Of a stretch of DNA of 64,000 bases, positions 21,508-36,300 are shown piece after piece. Every line of letters begins with the position of its first letter. The first letter of the stretch is position 1. Source of the DNA: Macrostomum lignano (taxonomy: Eukaryota); the NCBI GenBank assembly GCA_002269645.1, contig NIVC01000337.1:743207-807206 (forward strand), given 5' to 3'. The notes under the pieces are model-generated. The model was not told where the DNA came from. It saw only the letters and a list, made by a program, of their open reading frames with translations, and made no database searches. The translations under genes and the position numbers were made by a program.

Positions 21508-24500
21508 TCAATATCCAGGATGGCGGAACTGACTGGTCCTGTGAAATGTGCTGCAGACTTTTCTCAGTGAATCTCGCGTCATGTCAAAATTGACGTCGCG
21601 ATGGTGCATGGGGTTCTGGCTGACGATGTCGTACAGCATGTTGCTGCCGGGCACCCGGCTGCACTTGGGCGCAGCGAAGAACTGCCTGTCCTCGTTTGGA
21701 GCGATGATCACCTTCTTGTAGAATGTGTCAGTTGGGATGAAGCGGCATTGGTCGAATATTTTCTGCTCCCGCTGCTGATGAAGCGTCGGGCTGCCGTTAC
21801 CCTTAGCAGCAGTCCCCGCTTCCGAATTGTGCCAGCTCAGCAGTGGCAGCTCGTTCGACAGCCGTCTCATTTTCATTATGGATCTCGTTGTCTGTTGGTC
21901 TGAGGTTAAGTTACATTCATTTCATAAGGAGCAGTCCTACATGAGTCTGATGGGGGGGGACAGAGCAGTTCAGCGTTAAACGCGTCCCAATCTTCTGCCA
22001 CGATTTCTTACGCATCAACATTTTCATTTTACGCTTGTGCACGAAAACATTGGCCAAGGGAGTTGTACTTTTGTACTAGATGGGCACTTTTTATTTAGTG
22101 CAGAGCCAACCCCCAAGGCACAAAGTGTGTACAAGCCTTGCAATTAGAAAGTCAGGGCCGCTATACACCCTATATGAGCGTGTGGATGAGTTCATGCCTG
22201 TGCACAGTAGCTCGTACCACTGAAAGTGAAATGAGTTCGCACGTGTCAACACAGTCCTCGCCACCCTTAACTGCAAGTACCACGTGCATGTATACTGTCC
22301 GTCAAAAGTTCCTGAACCCTTGCTACGATGTCTTCTAGCGGACATAATTTCAGTCCGTTTCAATTGTAACTTGATTCAAATGAAAGCTGCGGATCTCAGC
22401 TCCATGATGTGGTCAAGAAAAAGTTTATTCGAATGAGCGTGTGTGAACAGGCCAGTGTTATGTACATAAAGGTTAGAGAAAAAAAGTGAGGAAAAGACTA
22501 ACAAGCAATTGTCTATGGTTGCTGAGTCTATGGAGCAAACACACATGGGAAGGAATCGGTTTGCGCGCAGTGTTCAGCCTGGCTAACATTAGTCTATGGC
22601 CAAAACTTGTGTTGAAATCAACAGGCTCTTATGGATTCTTGTGCAGTCAGCTTTCATGGGAGAGTCAATTGCTTGTTTGTCTTTTCCTCACTTTTTTCCC
22701 TAACCTTTATGTACATAACACTGGCCTGTTCACACGCGCTCCTTCGAATAAACTTTTTCTTGACAACATCATGGAGCTGAGATCCGCAGCTTTCATTTGA
22801 ATCAAGTTACAATTGAAACGGACTGAAATTATGTCCGCTAGAAGACATCGTAGCAAGGGTTCCGGAACTTTTGACGGACAGTATAGTTCTTTTTGTAGCT
22901 CGTGCCCAAGTTAGCCTAGAGCTTAAGGACCAACCTACAATGTACACCAACTGAAGATGCGAAAGTCATGGGGATCGCTGTACACCCTGTCTGAGCTGCC
23001 TGGGTATAGCGGAATGGGCCCAGCTGTCTGCCTTCTGGCTTGGCTCCGGGTCCACTGGGTTCACTGTCGTCTTGATTGCGGCAGCACCTCTGGAACTGGC
23101 TGACTGAGCTCTCACCGCATTGATTCTGCGTCGAATGACCTCCGCTGACTTCGGCCGACCTGTCAATCTCGTCTCGGGTGCGCGACTCCCTCACCGAAGT
23201 GATGGAGACACTTTTTCCTCCGAGTCGACGCGGCAGCGCCAGGCTCTGGCGACCGTAGCGCCAGCCGTCGGGCAGCTGGACGCTGCACTCCTCGGCGGTG
23301 TTGGATTCTGAGCCGCCGCCTAAAGCGCTGTTGGCCGAGTTGCTGGCGCCGCTGTTCAACTGGCGCGTTCGTCTGGCAAGGCTGCTGGCGGGGCCTGGCT
23401 GCTGCTGCTGACCAGGCGGCGTCGGCGTCGGTAGCTGTTGCGGCGACTCGCACTGCTGCTCCTGAGTCTCTTGCGTCTGCTCCTGCGGCTCCGGCTGCTG
23501 GCAGCGGTTGATAGAAGTCGCGCGCAACTGTCTGGCAGTCGAGTTAGCAGACGATCCGCCGCCGCCGACGCTGGCGCTGCCATTCCTGCTGTTTCTTGAC
23601 GCGATGGAAACTGTCAGGCTGCGCTGCGCCAGTCGGCCTGTTGGTTTGAAGCCGGGGGGGGGGCAATTCGTCAAGCTTACAGCTAATAAAAATATTAATT
23701 GATTAATTATAGTAGTTAATTACACCTTTTCCAATTGGGCCAGATGTGCAACCGACAGCTCAGCCGCAGCTATTGCGCGGCGCATCTGAAGGCTGCGTAC
23801 GGCTGTTCAGTCCAAGGACTGGAGGGTCGCCACACACCCTCAAATACTCCAGCTAATGCTGGCACCCATTTTACAGCTGGCTGAATGGAAACAATACAGA
23901 GTCAAAGTGTCTTATCAAGGACACAAACTGTTCTAGTGGGATCAGGAATCGAACCCCCGACCTTCGAGTTATGAGTTCGACGCTCTAACCACTAGGCTAC
24001 AACCCCCTAGCTACTGACGCGTATTATACACCTTAGCCGTCAATTAACTCTTTATCTTGATTGACCAGTGTTTTAGAACACAAGTGCGTGCGATTAAAAT
24101 ACATGCACATCTTCTGGGTTACTTTGTTTTTTTAAGGTTAGTAACTCAATGAAAATTTGATCACGAAATTGAGGATTGGCTTTCTGCTACATGGATTTAG
24201 CCACAGATACTATAAACACTGTGTTTATAGGATCTGTGCTGTTAGCATTAGACGTGAAAAAATTAAAACTATTAATCTTTAACTGGCATCTCAGCAACCC
24301 CCCCCCCCCCAGTGAGCCTTGTTGGCATCTCAGCAATTCCCCAATGAGCCTTGTTGGCATCTCAGCAATTCCCCAGTGAGCCTTGTTGGCATCTCAGCAA
24401 TTCCCCAATGAGCCTTGTTGGCATCTCAGCAATTCCCCAATGAGCCTTGTTGGCATCTCAGCAATTCCCCAATGAGCCTTGTTGGCATCTCAGCAATTCC

Positions 24501-24994
24501 CCAATGAGCCTTGTTGGCATCTCAGCAATTCCCCAATGAGCCTTGTTGGCATCTCAGCAATTCCCCAATGAGCCTTGTTGGCATCTCAGCAATTCCCCAA
24601 TGAGCCTTGTTGGCATCTCAGCAATTCCCCAATGAGCCTTGTTGGCATCTCAGCAATTCCCCAATGAGCCTTGTTGGCATCTCAGCAATTCCCCAATGAG
24701 CCTTGTTGGCATCTCAGCAATTCCCCAATGAGCCTTGTTGGCATCTCAGCAATTCCCCAATGAGCCTTGGCAGACAAACTTCAAAGGTTATTCAATCCGT
24801 TGTTCTACGAGCAGTCACGAATAGAAGATGACAAAGTTTCAATTGATCAAACTTGAGTAGTCTAAATCAGCGACAGTCCTGTGTTGAGAAGTCCAGCAGC
24901 TCAACTTACCAGACTTTGCCGGTCGAATCGGCAGGGTTCGAGTCCGGCCCAGGATGCCAGCACTGACAAAGGTTGGTTTCTCAAGCTGCACCAT
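21508..24994 (-). CDS. Uncharacterised three-exon protein, 347 aa
   Basis: Exons 24994-24910 (GAAGATGG start, G|GTAAGT), 23682-23116 (TTTATTAG|, G|GTGAGA), 21899-21508 (CCTCAG|); both introns phase 1; 1044 nt open. Q/S/G-rich disordered middle; C-terminal block IFDQCRFIPTDTFYKKVIIAP. An alternative phase-1 donor exists at 22947. Confidence 0.65.
22293..22883. mobile_element. MITE with about 220-bp terminal inverted repeats, TA-flanked (Tc1/mariner type)
   Basis: Left arm TACTGTCCGTCAAAAGTTCC...AACAAGCAATTG (22293-22511) is the reverse complement of the right arm CAATTGCTTGTT...GGAACTTTTGACGGACAGTA (22676-22883), with a few mismatches; TA on both sides; no ORF. Confidence 0.88.
23783..23999 (-). 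mobile_element. tRNA-derived CORE-like SINE, copy 2
   Basis: Reverse complement aligns with 1853-2079 along its whole length (e.g. CAGCTGTAAAATGGGTGCCAGCATTAGCTGG, GGACTGAACAGCCGTACGCAGCCTTCAG). Confidence 0.82.
24290..24768. repeat. Intronic minisatellite, 32-bp unit GAGCCTTGTTGGCATCTCAGCAATTCCCCAAT
   Basis: About 14 almost identical copies. Confidence 0.97.
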
Positions 24995-25449
24995 CTTCTC
25001 TGTCTCTGTCGAAAAAAGATGTTTTCCGATCTAACAATCCGTCGGTTTAAAACTCTGACGCAATTTACTGAGATAAGCAGCTAAGTAGAAGGGGCTTTCA
25101 AGCCATAGACTATAGCCACAAGCCATAGCCACTCAGACTATTGGAGATAAGATTGAATTAGTAAATTTATATATGCATTCTACAAAGTAGACTTATTTTG
25201 ATCCCAGATAGTCCATAATCCTAGTGTTTGATATAACTTTACTGTATGTATTTACAATTGTGTGCGTATAACCGTGTACATATGTACTTATATATGGACT
25301 GTAAACTGTTTATAGACCGTGGACTCTAAATTTAAAGTTCAATTAATACTCGTGTATAGAAGCAGCTAGTGCAATTTTAGGATGCTGATTTGCAGCATTT
25401 GCCATATGAGATGAGCAGTCTGAGTTTCTATGCGGTTGTGTAGCATGTG

Positions 25450-25695
25450 CGCCGGAACCGGACAAACCGGACCCGGACAAAGCGGAACCGGACAAACCGG
25501 ACCCGGACAAACTGGAACCGGACAAACCGGACCCGGACAAACTGGAACCGGACAAACCGGACCCGGACAAACCGGACCCGGACAAACCGGAACCGGAAAA
25601 AACAGAACCGGACAGACCGTAACTGGACAAGCCAGAACCGGACAAACCGGAACCGGAAAAACCAGAACCGGACAAACTGGAACCGGAAAAACCGG
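25450..25695. repeat. Minisatellite, 15-bp unit CCGGA(A/C)CCGGACAAA
   Basis: About 16 copies. Confidence 0.93.
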
Positions 25696-27234
25696 GATTG
25701 CAGCCTAATGATTGTGGAACGCAACCTTTGATGTAGTCATTAAAATATGTTTGTACTTTCAAACAGATCTGCTGCTTATCTAGAAGCGCGTGAGGAAAAG
25801 GATAACTTGGGATTATTTTGATAGAGGTGATTCCATTGCCCTACAAAGCCCTCACTGCAGCAGTGCATGCCAAATGTGTGAAATTGAAAACACAAAATCA
25901 AGCAACAACAGAAAATAAATTTCGCGCGTCTGTCACACTCGCCCGAGGTGACAATTTGAAATTTCCGACTCGCTTGGTTCCATAAATATTTATTTGTTTT
26001 CTGAAACAAAGAAAGATAGAATGAGGCCTATCCACTACTGCGAAGGCGGGTAGGTAAACTGACTAGATTAGTGTTGACTGGATTGACAAAAGAGTATGGG
26101 CCCAGGCCCTTAGGGGAGTTTCATGTAAAATCACACAATAGAATGAAATTACAGTTTCTGCAGGTGATAAACCTATGGCTACAGGCAGAATTTTGTGAAT
26201 CTAGAAAAATAGAGAGGCAAAATAAGCGAGCGATACAGGGGGGGGGGCAGCTGGCAAAACGAGCCAGAAGAGCTTCAAAAAGGGGCTGCAGGCGACCGCA
26301 GCTGCTGCTTCACAACATCGAGGTTTTCAACGGACTAGAAAAGCAATTCGAGAGAAATCGTAAAAAAGAGACAATTTATACTACTCATTCAGGGTCAGTA
26401 GCCACATCAAAATATAAATAGTGCTTTTTTGTTTAAAAAAATACAAAAACACAGATTTTAATAACAAAAAGAACTAAGTGCTAAACAAGTTGATGAGCAA
26501 AGGCTAAAATTACAGTTTTACACCCTTTAAAGCTGAATAAACATAAAAAATGCTTAAGATTAAATGGAAAGTACGTAATATTCACAGTTTAAATTCTCAA
26601 TTTGCAAAAACTGAAAGCTAAATATACTTGAGTAATCAGAATGTCACTACAATAGATTGGGTTTTAAGAAACTAAATTCAATTGATCCCCATCTCAAGAT
26701 CCCAAAGCCACTCATATTTACTCAAAATGCTCTCATGCCTTCATTAAGATTGCCATCAAAAGTACTCAACATTCTCAAAACTACCATTATCCCAAATCTA
26801 CTAATACCAAAAACTACTAATATTCCCTAAACTACTTTTAAGTCCTCAAAAATATTCAATAGAATCTGCCGAGCTACTCAATAGAGCCCTCAAAACTACT
26901 CAATAGAATCCTCAAAACTACTCAATGGAATCCTCAAAACTACTCAATAGAATCCTCAAAGCTAGTCCCAGATTCCAAAACGACTCAATAGTCCTCAGTA
27001 CTGCTCACTCTCATAGACCCAAAATCTCGAGCCAACTGTAGGTTCCTCAGCTACTCATTTTGGAAAACAGCTCATAGCCCACCTGCTCGAGCCTCAAATA
27101 TCATGGCCCCACTCCATAGCCCAGCTACTCCGTGTCCTTCAAATATCCCAGGCCGGCAGCCAGCCGTAGTTCATCAGCGCAGCCGAAATCCGTGCTCGGA
27201 TGTCCTGCAGCCAGCAGTTGAACTTGCACACACA

Positions 27235-28603
<1,369 letters not shown>

Positions 28604-29324
28604 CCTTGAAGGGCTCCCTGTCAGGCTTGCTGTCGGGCTCGCAGGCCTTGCGCACGTTGACATTATCAGGCTTGAGCTCCATCTCCTTGTAGGTGTCGTA
28701 CATCTGTTGAAGGTTGGCCATTTCGCCCGCATACGTGGCCGGCTCGCCCTGTACGAACTCGATGAGGGTGCTGTCCATGCTCGGCTGGGGCCGGAAGCCC
28801 AGGCCGGGGTTCATCTGCAGCAGCGAGTTTTCGCCTGAGCGGAGAGGAGGAGGGGGGCAAATTAAAGTGCAAGCGGCTGCTCTCGACTGGAATGCAGGAA
28901 GCTCCGCGGCCGTCCACATGCTGCTATGGTAGGAGAAGTGCAGAAGCAGAAACGGGAACCAGAAGCAAAGTCAGACTCCGTCGTATTATCATTATTCGAA
29001 AGCTTTCAAATCAATTGGCAAAACAGGATTCAGTGGAACAGCAGAAAAAGAAAAGGAACCAAGAGGCTTCTTTTGCCGTGCATTTCTGCCAGCCAGACAA
29101 AGAAAAGCAAAAACTGCGAAGGGTTTGAAGAAAGAAAAGCAGATAAAATTGACAAGGCAAGACGTTAATAGCCTAATAGGTGCTAATCATGGAAAGCAGA
29201 GATTCCTGTTTCTGCGATGGTCGTTCATGGGAGCGGATGGAAAGACAGCGTTGCTGCATGCGGAAAAAAAGGCAGAGGCCCGCATGAATGCATAACATTT
29301 ACACGGGTACACAGCATTTGTACA

Positions 29325-29702
29325 CATGTACACAGCATGTGTAAATAGGTACACAGCATGCGTTCACAGGTACACAGCATGAGTTAACAGGTACACAACA
29401 TGCGTTCACAGGTACAAATCATGCGTTCACAGGTACACAACATGCGTTCACAGGTACACAACATGCGTTCACAGGTACACAACATGCGTTCACAGGTACA
29501 CAACATGCGTTCACAGGTACACAGCATGCGTTCACAGGTACACAGCATGCGTTCACAGGTACACAGCATGCGTTCACAGGTACACAAAATGCGTTCACAG
29601 GTACACAGCATGCGTTCACAGGTACACAACATGCGTTCACAGGTACACAGCATGCGTTCACAGGTACACAACATGCGTTCACAGGTACACAGCATGCGTT
29701 CA
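29325..29702. repeat. Intronic minisatellite, 21-bp unit GGTACACAGCATGCGTTCACA
   Basis: About 17 copies. Confidence 0.96.
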
Positions 29703-30179
29703 CTCTACATAAGGAGCAGTTTCTCACCCGTCCTGTAGGGTATGTCCTCCACAATGACGCCGTACAGGAACACGGACAGCATGCCGACAAAGAAGCCGGC
29801 CAGACAGCTGTAATAAACAATGTAGAAGGCGCCAATTTTCGCCCAGGAGACGCCCGTCCGGCCGAGAATTTGGCCGGTGTTTCGATTGTACAGAAATCGA
29901 AGGAAGGCGGCGCCGCGGCAGGGCCGAGCCTCCTCGTTGGTGGCGTCGATATCGACGTCTAGGTCGGCGTTGGCGGCGCTGGCCTCAGCGTTGGCGGCAT
30001 CGGCGGCGGCTGCGGCATCGTGGTTGGACTTTTCGGCCATGTCTCGCTGGGTGGCTGGCTCAGCAAATTGGCTGCAATGGCGTCGTGTTTGACGTGAAAT
30101 GATTGAGCCAACTGACTAGTCCAGTTATGGATAGAAAAATATATTGATTTATTAACTCATATATCTATTTCGGTTGACT

Positions 30180-30382
30180 GGTTGGTTGATTGTCTGATTG
30201 ACTGATTGATTGGCTGATTAATTGATTGATTGATTGATTGACAGATTGATTGATTGATTGGCTGATTGATTGATTGATTGGCTGATTGATTGATTGATTG
30301 GCTGATTGATTGATTGATTGGCTGATTGACTGACTGATTGATTGATTGATTGATTGATTGACAGATTGACTGATTGATTGGC

Positions 30383-30426
<44 letters not shown>

Positions 30427-30590
30427 TGGCTGATTGATTGATTGACTGATTTATTGATTGACAGATTGATTGATTAATTGGCTGATTGATTGATTGATAG
30501 ATTGATTAATTGATTGACAGATTGATTGATTGATTGACTGATTTATTGACAGATTAATTGATTGATTGGTTGATTGATTGATTAGCTAAG
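30180..30590. repeat. (GATT)n microsatellite with GATTGGCTG interruptions
   Basis: Degenerate tetranucleotide array upstream of the ATP1B-like ATG. Confidence 0.95.
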
Positions 30591-31714
30591 AAATCCTGAG
30601 GAGTTAAATTAAAACCGCCAAGCAAACAAAGCCACAGTTGTTTAATATCCCTAAAACATTGACTAAATTACTGACTGACTGGCTGACTGACAGCTTTATT
30701 GTTTGGATAGATGATTAGATTGGCACTACTGTAGTGTAAATTATTTAGCTACAGCTGACCAAAAGCTACCATGTGCATCAGCATAAGACCTGGACATTGT
30801 CAAGTACATTTTCATTACTACTGTTGTCCGACATGGCAATTGCTGAGATGCAGCAGCGGGCGCAGGATCCAAGTACAGCAGCTCAATTTACTGGATTGAT
30901 TTGCTCAGTTGGAGCCCCGGAGCTCAGTGTGAATCGAGAGGCCAAGCAGATTAGTGCGAAACCCAATTTTCCCAACCTGGAGGCCGGGAGCGCAGTGGCG
31001 GGCGCGCGATAGGAAAGCAGAACTGTAATTAATTTTCTACTACCCACCCTGCTCAGCTCTTGGCTGAAGTGCATTAAGTGAAGCTAGCCGCTCATTACAC
31101 TGCATTCTGCTCTAGAAAGAAATGGCATCCCCCAAATGCTGTAATTCAAGCCAATATGCATTGCTCCTCTCGGGTTGCAGTCCACACAATGCTGCAATGC
31201 TTTGACTTGCCACAAAGGATGCTGCTCAACCCCCTTCCCGACCACCCCACACGCACAAGAAGAACCTGCAAAATTCCCTTCCTCGCTGCCTTATTCTTCC
31301 TTCTTTGCGGATACTCAGTGCACATGAAACAGCCTGGGAGCTGAGGAGGTACGGGTGGAATGGAGAGAGAGAGAGAGGAAAAGAATTATTGGAATCGGTC
31401 TGAGCCGCGTGAGGATGAAACTCAGTCCCGGCAGAAAAAATGCAGAAAGAAAGAAGAGGAGAAAGAAGGGGAGGGGGTAGGAGAGAGGCAATCTCACGGG
31501 CTTAAGCTGCTCAACAGAGTCCCTATTCACATTCGTGTAGGACATATTCTCTATGAGCGGGTTAGCACGCAAAACCCTGGTGATTCTTGTCTAGTGGGCG
31601 GGACGCGGAGCTGTCAAGGGAGAATAGAGAGGACGTGAAGGCGTCAAATCCTCATTGAGGGAGGGGTGAAGTCTCGCTTTTGCTCTCTTGATAGACTACC
31701 AGGTGGTTGTTCTG

Positions 31715-33312
31715 TGCCCATGTGTGCCTGCTCAGGAGACTGGGATCATGTGGTGTGCTCATGTGTGCCTGCTCAGGAGACTGGGATCTTGCATGCTGTG
31801 CTCATGTGTGCATGCTCAGGAGACTGGGATCTTGTACTGTGCTCATGTGTGCTTGCTCAGGAGACTGGGATCTTGTGCTTTACTCACGTGTGCCTGCTCA
31901 GGAGACAGGGATCTTGTGCTGTGCTCATGTGTACCTGCTCATCATGTGCTGTGCTCATGTGTGCCTGCTCAGGAGACTGGGATCTTGTATGCTGTGCTCA
32001 TGTGTGCCTGCTCAGGAGACTGGGATCTTGTACTGTGCTCATGTGTGCCTGCTCAGGAGACTGGGATCTTGTATGCTGTGCTCATGTGTGCCTGCTCAGG
32101 AGACTGGGATCTTGTACTGTGCTCATGTGTGCCTGCTCAGGAGACTGGGATCTTGCATGCTGTGCTCATGTGTGCCTGCTCAGGAGACTGGGATCATGTG
32201 CTGTGCTCATGTGTGCCTGCTCAGGAGACTGGGATCTTGTATGCTGTGCTCATGTGTGCCTGCTCAGGAGACTGGGATCTTGTGCTGTGCTCATGTGTAC
32301 CTGCTCAGGAGACTGGGATCTTGTATGCTGTGCTCATGTGTGCCTGCTCAGGAGACTGGGATCTTGTGCTGTGCTCATGTGTGCCTGCTCAGGAGACTGG
32401 GATCTTGTATGCTGTGCTCATGTGTGCCTGCTCAGGAGACTGGGATCTTGTATGCTGTGCTCATGTGTGCCTGCTCAGGAGACTGGGATCTTGCATGCTG
32501 TGCTCATGTGTGCCTGCTCAGGAGACTGGGATCTTGCATGCTGTGCTCATATGTGCCTGCTCAGGAGACTGGGATCTTGTGCTGTGCTCATGTGTGCCTG
32601 CTTAGGAAACTGGGATCTTGTGCTGTGCTCATGTGTGCCTGCTCAGGAGACTGGGATCTTGTGCTGTGCTCATGTGTGCCTGCTCAGGAAACTAGGATCT
32701 TGTGCTGTGCTCATGTGTGCTTGCTCAGGAGACTGGGATCTTGTGCTGTGCTCATGTGTGCCTGCTTAAGAAACTGGGATCTTGCATGTTGTGCTCATGT
32801 GTGCCTGCTCAGGAGACTGGGATCTTGTGCTTTACTCACGTGTGCCTGCTCAGGAGACTGGGATCTTGTGCTGTGCTCATGTGTGCCTGCTCAGGAGACT
32901 GGGATCTTGTATGCTGTGCTCATGTGTGCCTGCTCAGGAGACTGGGATCTTGCATGCTGTGCTCATGTGTGCCTGCTCAGGAGACAGGGATCTTGTGCTG
33001 TGCTCATGTGTGCCTGCTCAGGAGACTGGGATCTTGTATGCTGTGCTCATGTGTGCCTGCTCAGGAGACTGGGATCTTGCATGTTGTGCTCATGTGTGCC
33101 TGCTCAGGAGACTGGGATCTTGTATGCTGTGCTCATGTGTGCCTGCTTAGGAAACTGGGATCTTGTATGCTGTGCTCATGTGTGCCTGCTCAGGAGACTG
33201 GGATCTTGTATGCTGTGCTCATGTGTGCCTGCTCAGGAGACTGGGATCTTTCATGCTGTGCTCATGTGTGCCTGCTCAGGAGACTGGGATCTTGCATGCT
33301 GTGCTCATGTGT
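31715..33312. repeat. Minisatellite, 41/43-bp unit TGTGCTCATGTGTGCCTGCTCAGGAGACTGGGATCTTG..
   Basis: About 37 copies; source of the Cys-rich pseudo-ORFs. Confidence 0.97.
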
Positions 33313-36300
33313 ACGGAGAATCCAGTTTCAAAGCATTTTATTTTCGTCTATATGTCGGCAGCCCACTGTGTGCGCGTGTGTCGAAAAGTGCGAGCGGTGC
33401 TTGGCTCCTAGACCCAAAAATGAATTTCTACTCACAGTCTACTCAAGCAGGAAGGGAGAGCGAAGGCACTGGGGGGGGAGAGCCGGAAGCTGGGAGAGGC
33501 GATCTTTTATCTGCACACAGTGGCAACTATTCGGCATTCGAGCCGCATGCGGAGATCCCCCGTGGTGTCGGGGTTTTAGGGGAAGGCTGCACAGAAACAG
33601 TAAGATGGGGGGTTGGATTGGAAGCTAGGAAATCGAGATCGAGGGTGGAAGGGAAGAGAAGGAGATGGGCGGGCAGGGCAGTGTGTAAGGAAGGAGCGCA
33701 TTGAGAGCTCTTATCCCCCCCCCCCCCAAGCCGCACTGTCCCGCTCTCCTCAGTCCCCACTCCACAGTTTCTTCCGCACTGCGTATCCTTCGCTATAGGG
33801 TGAGAGGCCCGGCACAAGAGGCGTACGCTGGCCAGGAAGGGGAGGTCGGCGCTGGCAAGCTGTGGCCCCAGATCGCGATAGCCAGCAGACGAGTTACTCC
33901 CGCACAGTGAACACTAATGACCGAGCTGCTGGGGCGAGCTCAGTGTAGCTGGGAGCCGGACAAGAGCCGCTCTGTTGACTCCGCCCGGCCCTGTCCGAGG
34001 TCTCAACCCCGGCAACCCCTCCCCTTTTTTGGAGAAGTGACGGTGAAGCCGTGTCGCATCATTAGCCTGAGCTCCGCTGGCGATGGAGTGGAATAATTTT
34101 GTAAAGTAACACTTTGTCCCACTCGTCTCCTTGCCTGCTCTGGTCAGTTCACCAGTTCAGCTAACCAATAAAAGTCCCTCAGCTCCTAATTTATCAAGCG
34201 GAGAGACCAAAACCGGACAGGAGTGGATGCAGGGGGGGGATTATTGGCGCGGGCAAAGTCTGTGCGAGCTTTGGCAGTAGGGCAGCCCCCCCCCTTGGCT
34301 TGCCAAATTCGCGCCCCTGTTCCGCACCGGCGGAGAAGCAGCTGACTGCCTTCAAGCATCGACCCGCCCCATCTTAGCGCACTGGGGCCTGGGAGTTCCA
34401 AGCAGATTTCTAGCGGAGGGAGGAACAGAGAGACAGAGAGAGACGGACGGGGAAGAGAGACGGCGGACGCGCAAGACTTTGCGGACTAAGTTGGGAGAAG
34501 CCGAACGGTTGGCACGAGGATTTCCCCAATTGGGAGACGAAGCGGAGCGGCAAGTTCAGGGCGAAATAGCCGGATTATTGATCCCAAATGAGGTCCCGGC
34601 ATCGATCTCGGGATGGAGAGGCCGCTCGACGGAAGGCGGGAGTGCATTTAGCAGAATCGGAGGGAAGAAATCCCCCCAGGGCCCTCAATGAGCGAAGCAG
34701 CTCCCAACAGTAGTAAAGCTGGTCGATCCCTAGAGTGAGCCAATCAGCCGTGTAACTCACGAATTCTCTCTATCTGCAAATCTTCGAGGGCGGGCAGATC
34801 AAGCTAAGCAGTAATGCTACCGACCCACATGCCAGAGTACCTGGGTTCGCCTCTGTGGGTGGCCACATAAATTTCGGGCTCACGAAGGCCAACCGCAAGC
34901 CAAGTGCGTGTACATGCTTGATGATGACGCATTACTTTAGTTGAAAAGCATTGGCCCCGTTGTACAAAGAACTGCGCATTTTTCATCAACTTCTGCATGA
35001 AATGGGGGCATGACTGCTTCTCCCTTCTCTGGCTGCAGGTCGACTATCACCTTGATATGCGGCAGTAAACATAACCTACCGAACTATGGAACCATTTGAA
35101 AAAATGAAAATTGGCCAGCCTTGGCGCAGAGGAGTTATTCCCAATGTCTTTATCTACCTAAATAGCATGCACCGAATATTTTTATCAAGATTGAGCAAAA
35201 ACAGGAAATCAGGAGTAGAAGTGAATAGTAATCATCCCTAGCTAAGATGGCATTAAGCACATGAGCACAAAGATTGATCAGTAAAGCAAGTTTCTCAAGA
35301 AAGAGCTAGCATATTGAAGAAATTAACCTCAATTTAATAAAAACCAAATTCAGTAAGTCAAAAAGCCTTTTTAAAACTTATTGTATAAAATCTCATATAG
35401 ATTTAAGCTTCTGAATAGCGTAAAAGTCAACAAAAAGCAAACTATTTTATTGATTTTTGATTTATATATTTGATATGCATTATATGGCTAATAGAACAAA
35501 ATGAAATGCAATAATTTTTGTTGAATTTCTATGAAAGTCCTGGCATTTTTTGCTTAATAACCCTTTAATGCATTAATAATGATTGGCTTAAATGTGAAAT
35601 GCTCCAAATATTTTTGGACTTGACTATCTTCTTTAGAAAAAAAGTCGCAAAATATATGCTTTGAAATAAATTGGCTTAGAAGCCAAATTAGCTCATAAAT
35701 TAGATGCATATGCATAGCATATAGACTATAGGTTCAGAAAGATAGCTCATCATCACTTAGATGCAAGAAATATGCCACCGAAACCATTTTAATTTCTAAT
35801 TATAAACATATTTTATTCATACATACATTTAAAACATTTCATATATTAAATTTCATAAATTTGTCTTAAAAGCTTCAGTTATTAGTTAATAAGGACGAAG
35901 CAGTCTCTTGCACCACTAATTTTCATGCATTTATTTTAGGAAAGCAAATCTTATTGACATATTAAAAAGTCAATATCTAAAATGTTCATAGCGACTAAAA
36001 ACAATTTTTAATGCAGTACTTTGAAAGTGAAGGTAATTAAAAAGATTGGTTTTGCCTGCAATTTAGCATCGCATCTCAAGCTGTTAAAAAGGGTTGAAAA
36101 TGTTGTGAAGTTGCAATTAACTTGAAGCAAACTACCTAGATTAAATAAAATTTATAATTATTACATCCCAGTTTGGAGATTTGAGCTTAAATGCTAAATA
36201 AGTTGTCTACAGTCTTCGCAATGGCTTTTGTATATTTATCAGATTTGGGGGAAAAACACTTAAAATCAGCACTTAAAATTGAAAACGATATTCCCAAACA

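Noticed and set aside
22916-23115. 3' extension of the 252-aa ORF beyond the GTGAGA donor
   Set aside because: Treated as probable intron read-through because the stronger phase-1 donor is at 23115; noted only as a possible alternative.
24925-24945. B-box-like GGGTTCGAGTCC
   Set aside because: Falls inside the predicted first coding exon of the orphan gene and has no upstream A box or cloverleaf.
26036-26045. TACTGCGAAG, similar to part of a flatworm spliced-leader sequence as I recall it
   Set aside because: Only 10 nt; no terminal ATG|GT donor or Sm site follows, so it is not an SL RNA gene.
29705-29727. ATP1B exon 1 ending GEKLLLM as in the ORF track
   Set aside because: G|GTGAGA at 29727 splices in phase to [15 protein letters not shown] and restores the family motif.
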